Assembly: GCF_006345805.1 (NCBI RefSeq)
Contig: NC_043002.1
Location: forward strand, 41,478,001-41,542,000
Reading direction: 5' to 3'
Length of the DNA stretch: 64,000 nt
From: Octopus sinensis
Lineage: Eukaryota
A program made the position numbers and the translations under genes. Below, in pieces: positions 23,330-37,378 of this stretch; position 1 is the stretch's first letter, and each line of letters begins with the position of its first letter. The notes under the pieces are model-generated. The model saw nothing but the letters and a program-made list of their open reading frames with translations, did no database searches and was not told the origin of the DNA.

Positions 23330-26300
23330 GTAAGTCTAATTTCGTGTATCTATTTGAGTATGTGTTATAGGCTTCGGCTCGCATATATGTATGTATGGAT
23401 AATATATACTACATATAGCATGCTTTCACCTCCTCATCCTCTCCTTCCTTGTGGTGTGTGTGTGGTGTGTATATACATACATATATGTTTTCTCCCGCTT
23501 TATCTCTTGTTTATCTTGTAAATTTGTCTTCCCTACCTCTCTTTTCATTCACCGTCCTATTTTGGGTCTTCGTCTGTCCCTGTTTTATTATTATTATTAT
23601 ATATATTTATCGTGATTTAAACACTATGAACAGCAATACAAACAATTTGATAATAAAAGTCCATCGTTGATCTTACAGGATCGCAGCCCTTTATTTTCTC
23701 TCTGCCTTTTTACTTCCTGAAAAAATAAATAAATGATAAATAAAAGAGGGGAAAATATTCAACAACGATATGGAATTGTTTTTCTTTCTTTCTTTCTTTC
23801 TTTTTGTTTTTTTGTGATGACCAGTCTTACATTCCTAACGGTAAACGTTAGAATTAGAGGCAGAGGACAGAAGATAATGGATAGAGAGACAAGTTTTATT
23901 TCTCAAAATAGAATTTTTCAATTGAATAGGACAGTTCCCAATTAGAAACCTGACATAGTTTTACAAAAATACAATCCATTTAACATTATTGCCAATTAGA
24001 CTGTTAAGTAGCAGAAAATAATTAAGTAAACAAACATTCAATGAATATGAGGAAAAAAAGTGCATTCATTCGTTTAAAAGATTATCAAGTGCAAAGAAAC
24101 TAAATTTTCAATTGTTATTATAAATCTATTTGTCAAGCCTTCATTTATCTACAAAGTTTTAACTCTTTAGTTTTTAAAAAAATTAAATCGTGTTAAAAAT
24201 TCTAATGAATTTATCGTTTATTTGCAGAAAATATTTTTTTGCAATCGTTCACGAAATTGCATAATTCGTTCGACTGAGTATTTATTTATTCCTTATACGC
24301 TTCATCTAGCATTGCGAACAGTAGAACTAACAGAGCTTAAGAAAAAAACCAGGCCGAGCTGCTTTAGTGGACCAGCTGTTAAATATATATAACCACAGAA
24401 TGTCTGGTGTTCTTTAATCTATATCTCTGAAGGCGACACGAATCCCTTTCTCTATCAACGTCATGGCGATTTCTTGTGATATCTCCCCTTGTTTGTCTCA
24501 GTTTACACGATAGTAACTAGAAATGACCGTTAACTCCGGACTGTTTGGAGATGTAGCTAGATTAAATTACCACTTACACCTTTTTAACTCCCGTCCCTCT
24601 CTTGTTTTCAGCCTTTATCTTTCTCTTCATGACGAGGGAAAAAAATGTTATCTAAATCTTTCCTCTCTCTCCGTTTTTTCGAACTCCTTTTTCTATTTAC
24701 TACCCTTTATTATATTAAGAACCGACGGCGAAGCTTACAGAACAAGTGGTCAAGCAGCGACCTTAAGAGGTGGCTGTCGGTCAGAGTTCAATCTTAGTTC
24801 ACGTGTAGTGGCCGCAACCTTAAAAAGTACTTGTTGAATTTCTAAAATGGAAATCCCAATCCCCCCCATTAAAAAAAAATCGTTTTCAATAAATTCTCAG
24901 CAAAGTTTTTATACACCTGTAATAAGTTTTAAAAGCCACTAACTTGCTGGCACATGTAAATATTATGTGTGTAGTGAACAGTATCTGAAAATCTATGTTT
25001 ATGTATGTCTTAAAAGATCTCTGTGTGAAAGAAATATATATATATACTAACCTCCGTGTTAATTGGTGTATATAGATTGCTAGAAACGATTTATCAGAAT
25101 TCTTGCTATACCTTTAGATGACAGGTCACTGATAGAGAACGACGCTTGTGTCTATGTGACAGTACTGTCAAAAATGGTTACATCTGTTCTATATACTCGT
25201 GACAGAATCGGTTTTTATGGTCTAATCTTTCACGAAGATAGCATTTTTTTCACGGTATTTAGTGAAATGTAATCGAACATCACACACTTTTTTTTCTTAA
25301 ATTCATAAATAGATATAACTGATGCAAAGGCATTACAAAAAAAATGCAACGAAAACACTCAAACCCCGATATTCTTGCAAAAGAAAAAGTAATTGACTAG
25401 AAAAAGATACAAGAGTGTATTAAAATACCTTTTTTATGCGTATATTGTATTTGTGTGTGAATATAGTATTTGTGTGCGTATATAGTATTGATGTACGTTG
25501 TATGGTTTTATATGATTGCAATGTGACTGTACATGTGTTTGCATAATTGCGTTACGATTTTAGTACATATATCGTTGCGATGACTGTCTCAATGCATTGT
25601 CACTATTAGTATAATTTAGTGTATGTTTATATAGGAAATGTATACACATATTACACATTCTAACGTGCACTCGATGCACACGCACATACACATACATACA
25701 CTCACTCACACACACATACACACACACATATAATCTGCTGATGTAGTGTGACTGCATGTGATGCTGTATGTATTATGAGAATTTTGTATTTGAAGACATG
25801 TATTGAAACCTTATGTTGTGTTTGAGCTCGTGTACGTGTTCCTATCATGTATCATAAACAAACACACAAACATTCGCTATTCTCAACTATGAATCTATAT
25901 AGAAAGAGGTTTTCTTTGTCTTTTTAAACAATTTTATCTTTTCGTTATATGTATATTTTTTTTGCCAAAGACCTTTAATTTCCTCCCCCTCATGCTGATA
26001 AAAGGTTATTTACCTCTGATTAATTGATGAAATTATCTCAAGACAGTCACAGCTCTGAATAACAATAAAACATATACCAACATTATCACATCTCTTCTAT
26101 AATTATTTTTGTTCCCTATGAATGGAATCCGTAGCATTAAGCTGTGGCATCACATCAAAATCTTCTTTTGACATTGCCCACCTTTGTAAAAGAAATTGTA
26201 TTAAAGATATTCCTTCCGTCAGGGAATAATGAATGATAAGAGGACATTGGCATTTGAAATAATGATCTTGTGTCTGTGTGTGTCGTAGATACAAAAGAGG

Positions 26301-27348
26301 ATAACATTTAATGTCAAAGTAAGGAAGTCTTTTCATTTTGGGTTACGAAGAGAAAATAATGAAAATATAAAGATAATTCTATATAGTTTGTTGAAAGTAA
26401 TAAAATCCAAGGCTGATAAGAGTTTTCAGAAGATAGCTAATAATATTTGAAAGTAGTGTTCGGTTATGATTGATTTCCTATAAAAGTTAATTTTAGTTGC
26501 CAAACGATCAAGGAAAGCCAAATGATAAAGGTTTACCTTTGCGTCTTTCACTACTGCTGTCATCATACCTCAAATATTTATCATTTGATAACGTTGGTCC
26601 TTGATTTGGTTGACATAACCCTTTTTACCAGAATGGGCAAACATCTTCAACGTTGTCATCAAATTTGTTCTACCTGTTTTATGTCATTTCTGTTTTATGT
26701 CATTTATCTTAAATATTTGTTCATTCGGGAAATGTTGAGATAATGCAATCTAGGCTATTTCTAAAATTTGTAGTACTAATTTCTTGCATACAAATAATTT
26801 TAAAAAGCTGAAGAAAGACACGAATTTCACAACACCCAAAGAACCCATCCATCCTAAAATAAATTGGCGTAACATTCTTTAAAATTTCGTTCCTCAAATA
26901 CCTGGAGTCAAACTTATATTTGATTTCTACAACTCATAATGAACCAACAAAAATATTTCTACAGTTAACCCTTGCCTGATCAATACAACAGCTAAATCTC
27001 CTTCAGAGAACTCAGTACTGTTTTCAGAGTAGAGATTACACGTTTTTAGTTTGAAATGATTAAAGAACACACTCTCCACCACTCCCTCCCTCACTCCACT
27101 CGTAAAAACAAGTCACTGCAGCATGAAATACCCATCAAATGCTGATCCAGCTACTATGGCACTTTGTATGTGTGTATATTTGTATTTCACCTGGCTACAT
27201 TACATATGTATATATATATGTGTGTGTGTATGTGTATTGAAATATTTTGCATCTGTAAAGTTAATAAGAGTATATATTCTCCATATAATGTATTGAGTTC
27301 TTCATTATGTTGAGGTTTTCAACTTTTATTGAAGAATTAAACTATATG

Positions 27349-27516
<168 letters not shown>

Positions 27517-27943
27517 TTTTTTACTTGTTTCAGTCATTAGACTGCAACCATGCTGGAGCACCACTATGAAGGGTTTTTAATTGAACAGATTGACCCTGGG
27601 ACATAATTTTTGTAAAGTCTAATTACTAATTCTATTGGTTTCTTTTGGCAAACTGCGGTCAAGTGGTGATGGGGTGGGGCAAAGACATACACACAGATCA
27701 TCATCATCGTCATTTAACGTCTACTTTCCATGCTGACATGGGATTGACTGTTTGACTGAGGGCTGGCAAGCCAGAAAGCTGCACCAGGCTCCAATCTGAT
27801 CTGGCTGGATGCCCTTCCTACACTCCGAGAGTGTAGTGGGTGCTTTTACGTGCCACCGGCACGAGGGCCAGTCAGGCGGTACTGGCAACGGCCATGCTTA
27901 AATGGTGCTTTTTATGTGCCGCCTGCACAGAAGCCAAGTCTAA

Positions 27944-28130
27944 GTCCAGTCATAGAGTGACCAGTGGTTTTACATTCACAAAGGCCTTAGCCTCATGAAT
28001 GTCTGTCAGATTCTAAAGCTGAAGACAATGGTGAAGAGTAACATTTTTCTTTAACTTTAGAGTCTGACAAGACGTCCACAGGGCTAAGTCCTATATGGAT
28101 GTGAAACCATTGATCATTCTATGACTGGAC
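27944..28130. mobile_element. Fold-back (long inverted repeat) element, probable MITE
   Basis: Arms 27944-28025 and 28048-28130 are reverse complements (66/83 by hand alignment) around a 22-nt loop. Confidence 0.75.
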
Positions 28131-28344
28131 ATTGACTTAACTGCATATAAATACATTACTGCTCTATGCTTTAGAGTGTGCTTCTTTTCCGGTATTTAAT
28201 ACATTGACGATATATACATACATATATATACATATATACAGAATGGACTTCTTTCACTTTTTGTCTATCAAATCCACTCACAGGGCTTTGGTCAGCATGA
28301 GGCTATGGCACCATGCAGTGGGATATATATATGTATATATATAT

Positions 28345-28600
28345 ATATATAGTGAGAATTTACAAAAGACAAAGACTGGTGTATAAACAACAAACAGATG
28401 TATTAGTTTAATGTTAGGGAAGTAAGAAAGTCTTTTACATTTCGAGCCTATGCTCTTCAACAGAAAGGAACACACAAATAAACAGGGAGAAAAAATAGAA
28501 AAAGGTTTAGTGGCTAGCGATCTATCATGGCAAATGCCGGACATATATATAAAACACTCAGAGCCACTCAACAATAACAGCTCTTATATTCAGATAAACT
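28345..28600 (-). repeat. Interspersed repeat resembling a Penelope-like element terminal region
   Basis: Contains CTGTTGAAGAGCATAGGCTCGAAATG on the minus strand; family assignment from memory only. Confidence 0.35.
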
Positions 28601-29202
28601 ATGCCAGTCTTCATTGTTCAACAGCATTTACCTCACCATAAGACATTTGTAGACTTGATTTATTTAAAATTACCATGCTTGCTTATTTACAACTAACATG
28701 ACATCTTAATCACTGAACATTTTTCTTACATAACCATTGTATTTATTTGTTTTAAGTAATCCTCTTATGTAATCCATAATGTTTTAGGATTGAGAGACAT
28801 GCATACACTGAGATGTAGGTTATCCTTGTTTACTTCTCAGTGTTATGCTGGAAATCCTGTATAGGAGGATTTTTAACATCACATTGCAAATTTCCTTCTC
28901 CAACCTGGGAAATTCAGCTTTGTTGTTATTTAGGCCCAGGTCAGCCTTGATCCAGTAGAATTAAAAGCTTTCTGGTATGACCAGCCTGTTATTTTGTGTG
29001 TTTGATACTATTACAGTGCCCAATATATCCTTCTCTTTTTAAGGTGGCAGGGTTTGTGGTGAGGGAAATTTGTTGCTATTTCTAGCAGGTCAACAATACT
29101 GTGTTAATGAAGTACTAATCCTTTGGCAACACTGCACATAAGGATGAGTGAACATGTAACATACACATACATGAGGTGTATGTAGCTGAATTTGAGGACA
29201 CA

Positions 29203-29534
29203 GGGTAAAGAACCCCTTCAGTCATGAATGGCTATGTGATTGCTAGTAGAAAGTTCCCCTCTGATGTACAAGTCTGGACAAGGTTGTTTCTGAAAGTCTC
29301 CCATACATACCAGCCTCCCCTCTCAATGCCCTTGATGTTATCCAAGGGAAAGGCAAAGGCCGATACAGCTTGGCACCAGTGACGTTACAACTCATTTCTA
29401 CAGATGAGTGAACTGGAGCAATGTGAAATAAAGCGTCTTGCTCAAGAGCATAACACACAACCTGGTCCAGAAATCGAACATGCTACTCATGATTGTGAGC
29501 TTTACGCTCTAACCACTGAGCCATGCACCTTCAC
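29203..29534 (-). mobile_element. tRNA-derived SINE C, tail type III
   Basis: Reverse complement reads TGGCTCAGTGGTTAGAGC..., GTTCGATTTC, TTGAGCAAGACGCTTTATTTCACATTGCTCCAGTTCACTCA core, then a 3' half unlike those at 16464 and 44506. Confidence 0.85.
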
Positions 29535-31040
29535 TTGAGGTCATAGATCTGTGTTGTACATTGTCTGTTTTCAGAGGACCTGTGAAGAGCATGAATACAA
29601 TTCCTTCCTCCAGACCAAAACTACTAAATAAAAAAAAAAATTGTGAAATAATTATATAAGTGCAGGCATGGCTATGCATATAGGTGGAGATGTGGTTGTG
29701 TGGTTAAGAAACTCCTTTTGGAACCACATAGTTTCAGGTTCAGTCCCACTGCATGGTACCTTTAGTAAGTGTCTTCTATTATAACCCTAAATTGACTAAT
29801 GCCTTGTGAGTGAATTTAGTTGCTGGAGACTGTGGAAGCCTGTCATATATGTTTGTGTATGTGTGTCCCACCACTTGACAACTGGTGTTGGTTTGTTTAC
29901 ATTCCTGTAACTTAGCAGTTTGGCAAAAAATCCTGATAAAATAAGTACCAGAATTAAAAATAAGGACCCTGGTTTGATTTGTTTGATTAAACCCTTCAAG
30001 GCAGTGCCCCAGCATGGCCGCAGTCCAATGACTGGAACAAGTAAAAAGCAGAAGATATAGTTTTAATAATTTCCAATATTGGCACCAAACAGCACTTGTA
30101 GGTGAGGTTATATTGTCGATTGAATTGATGATTCTATATATGCCAAGAACTTATTGTCAAAATAAAAATATCATTATCTCGTAATCAATCAAATTGAAGA
30201 ATAAATACTATATTTCCTTCCCGCCCTGCTCCACCTTTACCTTTTTCCTAATTGTGTAGTTGGTGTTTGCAAGAGCATCTAGCAATAAAAATCTCCTGCA
30301 TCAAGAATTGATGTAAATATTTCCAATTCATAACAACTGTCCAAACCATTCAACTATAAGATGCAGCTAAAAGACATTTTCAAAACAAAACCAAAAAAAA
30401 AACAAAAAACAAAAAAAAAACAGTGAAAAATAAATACATACATAAAACTAATAAAAATATAACGGATTGATAAATATTTTTCATATTCTTAATATGTTTA
30501 GCTTAACATGAGGATTGCTTGCAACTGAATCAATTCCACCGAAGGGTGGTTAGTAGAAGTGGTTGTGCACGAAAAAACCAGAACCACTAAAAGTATAAAA
30601 AGAAAAAGAAAAAAAAATTGAAGAACACGCAACTAAGACTATAACTGCTCACTGATTGTTTCTTAGAAATTTCTCAACTTTGATTCCTGTTTATCAGAGT
30701 TCCAACGGAAGCAGTGTCTTGAATGATAATGAATTATTCATAAACGCTGATAAGAATCGCTTAAAAAAAAACAAAAAAAGTACATCTGATGTGCATTTTT
30801 TTTTTTGTCTTTGTCAGTGCAGAAAACTCATAGCAAAATGAAATGATTTTAATTTAGAACTGATCTTTCTTCAGATTCTGTCTCTTCTAACAAACATCTA
30901 AAAAATATGCTTTAGTATATGACAAAAATCTCTTTAGCAATTTTGTCCCTCTCCTTGAAATAACATTCGAAATATTTAAAAATATTGCAGTTATTTTGAA
31001 GTTACTCTGTATTTGCATTTTTTTTTTTTTGCTGAAATTC

Positions 31041-31086
<46 letters not shown>

Positions 31087-32656
31087 CTTTTGCAATTTTA
31101 TCTGCAAGAAAATATTTTCGGTTAGTTTTTGATTCTTTGCTTGGTGTCATTGGATTCTTTTCTTGTATAACAGGAAAAGACGAAGGCTTTTACCATACAG
31201 TTTTTAGTTTTGCATAATAATTTTTTTCTTCCCAAGAAGATCAACTTGTTGCGAACAACCCTTTTTATAAAACTCTTTAAAAAAGTATTTGAAACCGACA
31301 TTAAAATATAAAACCATTCAAGGAAAATAAGGACCACTCGCTTCCTTTTATTTTTCTTTTGAATTAATTTGAACCAGTTTGTCTATCAAACCATATTACT
31401 GACTTAGTGCAGGTATGGCTGTGTGGTTAAGAAGTTTGCTCCTCAACCATATGGTTTCAGGTTCAATCCCACTGCATGGCATTTTGGGCAAGTGTCTTCT
31501 ACTATTGTCCCAGATTGACCAATGCATTGTGAGTGCATTTGGTAGATGGAAACTGTAAGAATCCCATCACATACACATGTATATGTGTAAGTATGCATGT
31601 TTGTGTCCCTCTTGTCTTGAATTGCATGATGGTTGTGAATGAGTATGACAGCCATACAAACAGGAGTCATTCGGGAAGTACTACCTTGCTTTGAAACAGT
31701 TGAGGGTTAGTGACAGGAAGGGTATCCAGCTATAGAGAATCTGACTCAATAAGTGCTGTCCAAACCACGTATGAAAGAATGGATATTAAAATGGTGATTT
31801 TTTATATTTGATTCCTCTTGGCTGAATATTAAGATTTTCGGCTTACTCTCTCAAACCGAAATAAATATCTTTTGTGCAATATTCTGTGCACATTAAGGTG
31901 GCGAGCTGGCAGAAACTTTAGCATGCCGGGCAAAATGCTTCGCGGTATTTCGTCTGTCTTTACGATCCGAGTTCAAATTCCACTGAGGTCAACTTTGTAT
32001 TTCATCCTTTCGGGGTTGATAAATTAAGTACCAGTTGCGTACTATGGTCAATGTAACCGAGGGCTCCCTCCCCCTCAAAAAATTTCAGGCCTTTTGTCTA
32101 GAGTAGAAAAGAATATTTTGTGCACATTATATAATATCTTACTGATTCAAGACTAGAATTAAGTAGAAGGTAAAACATTTATTGAAATAAAAGAAACATT
32201 TATTTGATCATAATTTGTATTAGTTTTTAACTGCTTTTATTTCTATATGCAACATTTAATACAACAAAGCACAGCCAGGAAGCTTTGACAATGATGTAAC
32301 GTCTATGTATACATTAACTTAGTGGAGTAAACAATTTTTATGATTAGGATATCTGTGAGATTGTTTTGCTGTTGTAGGTTGACTTAGACCAGCAAAAATC
32401 TTTTTCATTTGTTAGATAGATCACCAGCTCTACTCAGAGCAACATACAGCTGACCATATGTGAACACATTTAGTAGCATGACAAATTGAAGTAAAAATAG
32501 TGATAGATAGATACTTGAAATTTCTTTTGGGGGAGGAAGGTAACTTCCTAAAATTCAACAGAGATAAAAAAAAAAACATTCCGAAGTTTTCTTAAGAAAA
32601 ATTTAAAGAACATAGATTCACAACTTTCTTTCTATTTTGTAATTAACTTATTTTAA

Positions 32657-32852
32657 CCCTTTCATTACTGTATTTATTTTGAGATGCTCTATGTTTCTTT
32701 CAATTACTTTAAATATAACAAAGAATTTAGTAAAATAGCTTCGTTAGGAACATAAATTGTGACTATGGAAGATTTTAATTCAAAACTTATGAAAACAAAA
32801 CATTTGTACTACAGAGCCAGAGGTGGTTTCAGCTGGTTTGGTATCGAAAGGG
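32657..32852. mobile_element. piggyBac-type MITE
   Basis: TTAA at 32653-32656 and 32853-32856; TIRs CCCTTTCATTAC / CCCTTTCGATAC (10/12). Confidence 0.8.
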
Positions 32853-33524
32853 TTAAAAGAAGAAATTTATAACTTTTGAAAGTAGTAGCTTAATAATGTC
32901 TTTAAAGATTGTGTTGAGAAATGTGTGTGTGTGTGTATACATAGATGCAGAGAAAGGGAGAGGCTGAGTTGTGAACCAAACTGGAAGTTATGTATGTTAC
33001 GCATGACAGATTTGGCAAAAATTATTATAGCAATTTATGGTCTTTTTGGTGTTTTCTTCTTTTTTTTGTGAAGTGACAGTAACATCAGAGTGTCAGAATG
33101 TAATAGAAATATTAGATTACCAGATTAAAATGCCAGAAGTATTAGAAAGTTACAGAATTGCTAGAGTGTAATGCTACAGTGTCAGGAAGTGAGATTTGTC
33201 AGAAAGTGACAGAAATGTTATCAGACTTAAATGCTGGTGTCAGAAAATGGCAGAAGTGCTTGCAATAAGATTAAAATGTTAAAGGCAGAAATACTACCGG
33301 GCTAAAGTGCTAGAATTGTTAGTTCAGACAAAAATGCTTGTGTCAAAAAGTGACAGAAAGGCTATCGGACTAAAATGCTTGTCAGAAAGTGACATAAATG
33401 CTTACAGACTTAATATACTAGAATATCAAGTAAATGATAAAACCAGAGCGAAAAGCTAGTGTCAAAAAATTAATGAAAATATTAAAATTCTAATCTGTCA
33501 GAAATTGATAGATTTACAATAATG

Positions 33525-34126
33525 TCAGAGAGTGACAGAAATGCTACTTCCAGAAAGTGATAGAAATACTACCAGACTAAAATGTTACTTCCAGAAAGTG
33601 ACAGAAATGCTACCAGACTAAAATGTTACTTCCAGAAAGTGACAGAAATGCTACCAGACTAAAATGTTACTTCCAGAAAGTGACAGAAATGCTACCAGAC
33701 TAAAATGTTACTTCCAGAAAGTGACAGAAATGCTACCAGACTAAAATGTTACTTCCAGAAAGTGACAGAAATGCTACCAGACTAAAATGTTACTTCCAGA
33801 AAGTGACAGAAATGCTACCAGACTAAAATGTTACTTCCAGAAAGTGACAGAAATGCTACCAGACTAAAATGCTACTTCCAGAAAGTGACAGAAATGCTAC
33901 TTCCAGAAAGTGACAGAAATGCTACCAGACTAAAATGCTACTTCCAGAAAGTGACAGAAATGCTACCAGACTAAAATGTTACTTCCAGAAAGTGACAGAA
34001 ATGCTACCAGACTAAAATGCTACTTCCAGAAAGTGACAGAAATGCTACCAGACTAAAATGTTACTTCCAGAAAGTGACAGAAATGCTACCAGACTAAAAT
34101 GTTACTTCCAGAAAGTGACAGAAATA
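33525..34126. repeat. 41-bp minisatellite (CCAGAAAGTGACAGAAATGCTACCAGACTAAAATGTTACTT)
   Basis: 13 full units (starts 33550-33837 and 33903-34067 in steps of 41), 25-bp short units at 33525 and 33878, and a partial unit at 34108. Degenerate relatives extend upstream to about 33075. Confidence 0.95.
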
Positions 34127-35539
34127 CAAAGAGTCTTAAATAAATATATACTTCTCATTCTGATATGTATATGTGCATGTGTATATATATAAGGAGACCC
34201 CTGTGCTTGAGGAGACCTATTGAGTCAAGTACATCAACATAAAAAAATCAAATGGAAATTGTAGTTGTGGTGCCGGTGGCACGTAAAATGCACCAACCGA
34301 TCGTGGATGTTGCCAGCCTCACCTGGCACCTGTGCCGGCAGCACGTAAAAAGCACCCACTATGCTCATGGAGTGGTTGGCGTTAGGAAGGGCATCCAGAT
34401 GTAGAAACACTGCCAGATCAGACTGGAGCCTGGTGCAGACTCTTGGCTTCCCAGACCCTGGTTGAACTGTCCAACCCATGCTAGCATGGAAAACGGACGT
34501 TAAATGATGATGATGACATATATTTTATACACACACACTCAAAATGGAAACAATGAACACAAAAAGAAAACACTGGAGGGACAAGTTTTAACAAATATAT
34601 TTAATGCTTAAAAGGAAAGGAAACACACACACGTGCACAAGTAAACGATATAAGCAATTATTTTTTTTGTCTGCGCTGATCAATACTAGTGAAGTAGCTA
34701 ATCAAATGACCAGAAACAATCTTATCGGTCCAGCTGCTTAAATGAACTCGTTAATTTGGTTGATTGTCATTTTGAGCTATTGTCATGCATTCTTGTTTTT
34801 CATTTTGAGGATATGCAAACGAAAAGCATATCCTTAGGAAAAAAAGTACATGGTCCTCTGTAGACAGGACGTGAAGGTAGTCGAGAAAAGTGTTACTATA
34901 CTAAATACACTGTGGAGGTGTATGGCCTTGCAGTTGAGTGTTGGTTTATGATCAATCATACGATTACACATTCAATTCCTGTATCAGCTGGTATTTTGTA
35001 TCCTTAAGCAAGGTATTGTGTTCATATTGTTCCTGTCTATTTCGTTGTAACGAGTACCCTCTGGGTGCTGGTCTAAGACTTCTCCCTCCACCTGTCACAT
35101 CTTGGATGTTCTACTGGTTTAAGTGACAGGTGGTCAAGAGAGTGCCTCTGCTTTTAACTACTTAAGTGTATCAAACAACTAGCAAAATCATAGTACAATC
35201 TACCAGGCTGGCTAAAGCCTTTCGCTCCCTATGGAGCAGAGGTCATTGGCAAGTTATCTCCAGTGTTTTCAACTTTGGGCTGTCCTTTCTGCTTCTCTCC
35301 CTGCTTTTTCAACTCTGCTTCACTTTCCTACCTCCAGTTACTTTTGGCGTGTCCTCTCTTCTACCTTTCTTGTGTGTTCATGCGTTTCCTTGAAGGAGGG
35401 CCTTCTCCTCCCAGGCCTTGTTGGTTTCAGATTGTCATTGATACCACTGTAATTTTGCTTTTCTCTAGATACAATTCTTGGCCCCTACACAAACCCATTT
35501 TTATCTCTGGAAAGAGGTGGTGCATATTAGTCAGGCTCT

Positions 35540-35645
35540 TCTCTTTTGACCTGCCCAGTATGGGAGTCCCTCCCAGGAGCTGACATAGCTCTCAGGATCA
35601 TTGAGGAGCACAAGGCACCTTACCACAACAAGGACAGGACCTTGT
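35540..35645 (+). mobile_element. Possible RTE/BovB-like 5' UTR fragment
   Basis: GACCTGCCCAGTATGGGAGTCCCTCCCAGGAGC..CATAGCTCTCAGGATCATTG..GCACAAG...CCACAACAAGG resembles RTE-BovB 5' UTRs as I recall them. Confidence 0.4.
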
Positions 35646-35704
35646 AGAAACTGTATTTACTACTTGATAAAGACATCCAGTAACTATATAGATGTCTTAT
35701 TTAA

Positions 35705-35925
35705 CCCTTCAGTATTCAGATAACTTTGTCAAATGTAATTGCTTATTTATTCCCATTGTTTTAAATTTATCATTCATTATCTCATAGCTTCAAGATTTTG
35801 ATGGTGTGATTGTAAATTTTTAGAATAACATTGTAGGGTATGTGTGAGAAGCCAGATCTGTCTGGGCTGAACATAAACCAGGTACAATATCAGGGCTGGA
35901 TATGGCCAGTTTAAATGCTAAAGGG
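35705..35925. mobile_element. piggyBac-type MITE (second family); reverse fragment at about 38040-38190
   Basis: TTAA at 35701-35704 and 35926-35929; TIRs CCCTTCAGTATT / CCCTTTAGCATT (10/12). Confidence 0.8.
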
Positions 35926-37378
35926 TTAATTATCGTTAGTTAGTTGTGTGTTAAATAACTTGAGCTGAATACAAAAAAGAAACCCTATTAACTTCGCTGT
36001 AAGATTTGTATTTCACCTCGTATTATAATCTGAACTTGTAACTTCAAAATTATAAGTTCAAACTGTGCTATAACTAATGTAATATCCTCATGGAAATCAC
36101 CTGGTAGAAAATAGTTGAGAATGGAAAAGAGTAAGAAAAGCAGCCATGAGTTCATCATCATTTAGCATCTGCTTTCCATGCTGGCATGGGTTAGATGGTT
36201 TGATTGGAACTGGTAAGCCAGTAAACTGCACCAGGTTCCAGTCTGATTGAGCATGGTTTCTACGGCTGGATGCCTTTTCTAATGTCAACCACTCCAAGAG
36301 TGTAATGAGTGCTTCTTACAAGCCAGGGCAAATAGAATATTTGTCCTGGCAATTCATATGGAACCATTTTACATATGGAAAAATGGCAAGCGAGGAAAGA
36401 AAAAAGAAAAGAAAAAGAGCACTCAACTCTAAAGGAGCAAGAAATATAAAACAAAATAAAAAACATTACAAAAACAAGTCCTTTTCCTAAATATTGTGAA
36501 AATATTTTTTAGCATCAATGTTGTTGATTCTGAGACCTTTTAAGAGATAATATTTACATTGATGGAGGCAGATGCTGGGATGCTATTTTCCATGCTGATC
36601 TAAGGCATAGGAGTGGCTGTGTAGTTAGTAGCTTGCTTACCAACCACAAGGTTCCGGGTTCAGTCCCACTGTGTGGCACCTTGGGCAAGTGTCTTCTACT
36701 GTAGCCTCGGGGGGGGGGCGAAGCCTTGTGAGTGGATTTGGTAGACAGAAACTGAAAGAAGCACGTTGTATATATATGTATGTGTGTGTTTGTCCCCACC
36801 AACATCGCTTGACAACCGGTACTGGTGTGTTTAAGGTCCCCGTAACTTAACGATTCGGCAAAAAGAGACCGATAGAATAAGTACTAGGCTTACAAAGAAT
36901 AAGTCCTGGGGTCGATTTGCTTGACTAAAGGTGGTGCTCCAGCATGGCCACAGTCACACGACTGAAACAAGTAAAAGAGTAATACATTTCAACATGATAA
37001 AATGGATATCAAATTGATGATAATGATTGTAATGTTGATATTTTGCTGCAAGTGTAAATATGAAGTCGGTAGGTAGTGTGTGTGTGTATGAATCTAAGTG
37101 AAGACATACAATTCAATGTCACCTTGCATGGTTTCTTTGAGTTCTGCTCTTGTAAAAAAAAAAATCTTTTCATTTGATTGATTACACTTTTTATCTATGA
37201 GAGTAAGGTCATCAATATTTTTTTGTTGTTTTGTTTTGTGAGTCTTTAATAAACAATAATTTAAGTGTTACACAATTTTTTTCATTAGTCACCCATGGAA
37301 TGATAAGAATACTTGCCAATGTCGTATCCATTCTAGCTCTTAAATCAGTCCTGATTGTTCAGTCTTTCTTCAGACATA

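Noticed and set aside
33525-34126. CRISPR-like array
   Set aside because: Units are contiguous tandem copies with no unique spacers, the context is eukaryotic, and there are no cas genes. The 41-bp period also excludes a coding repeat.
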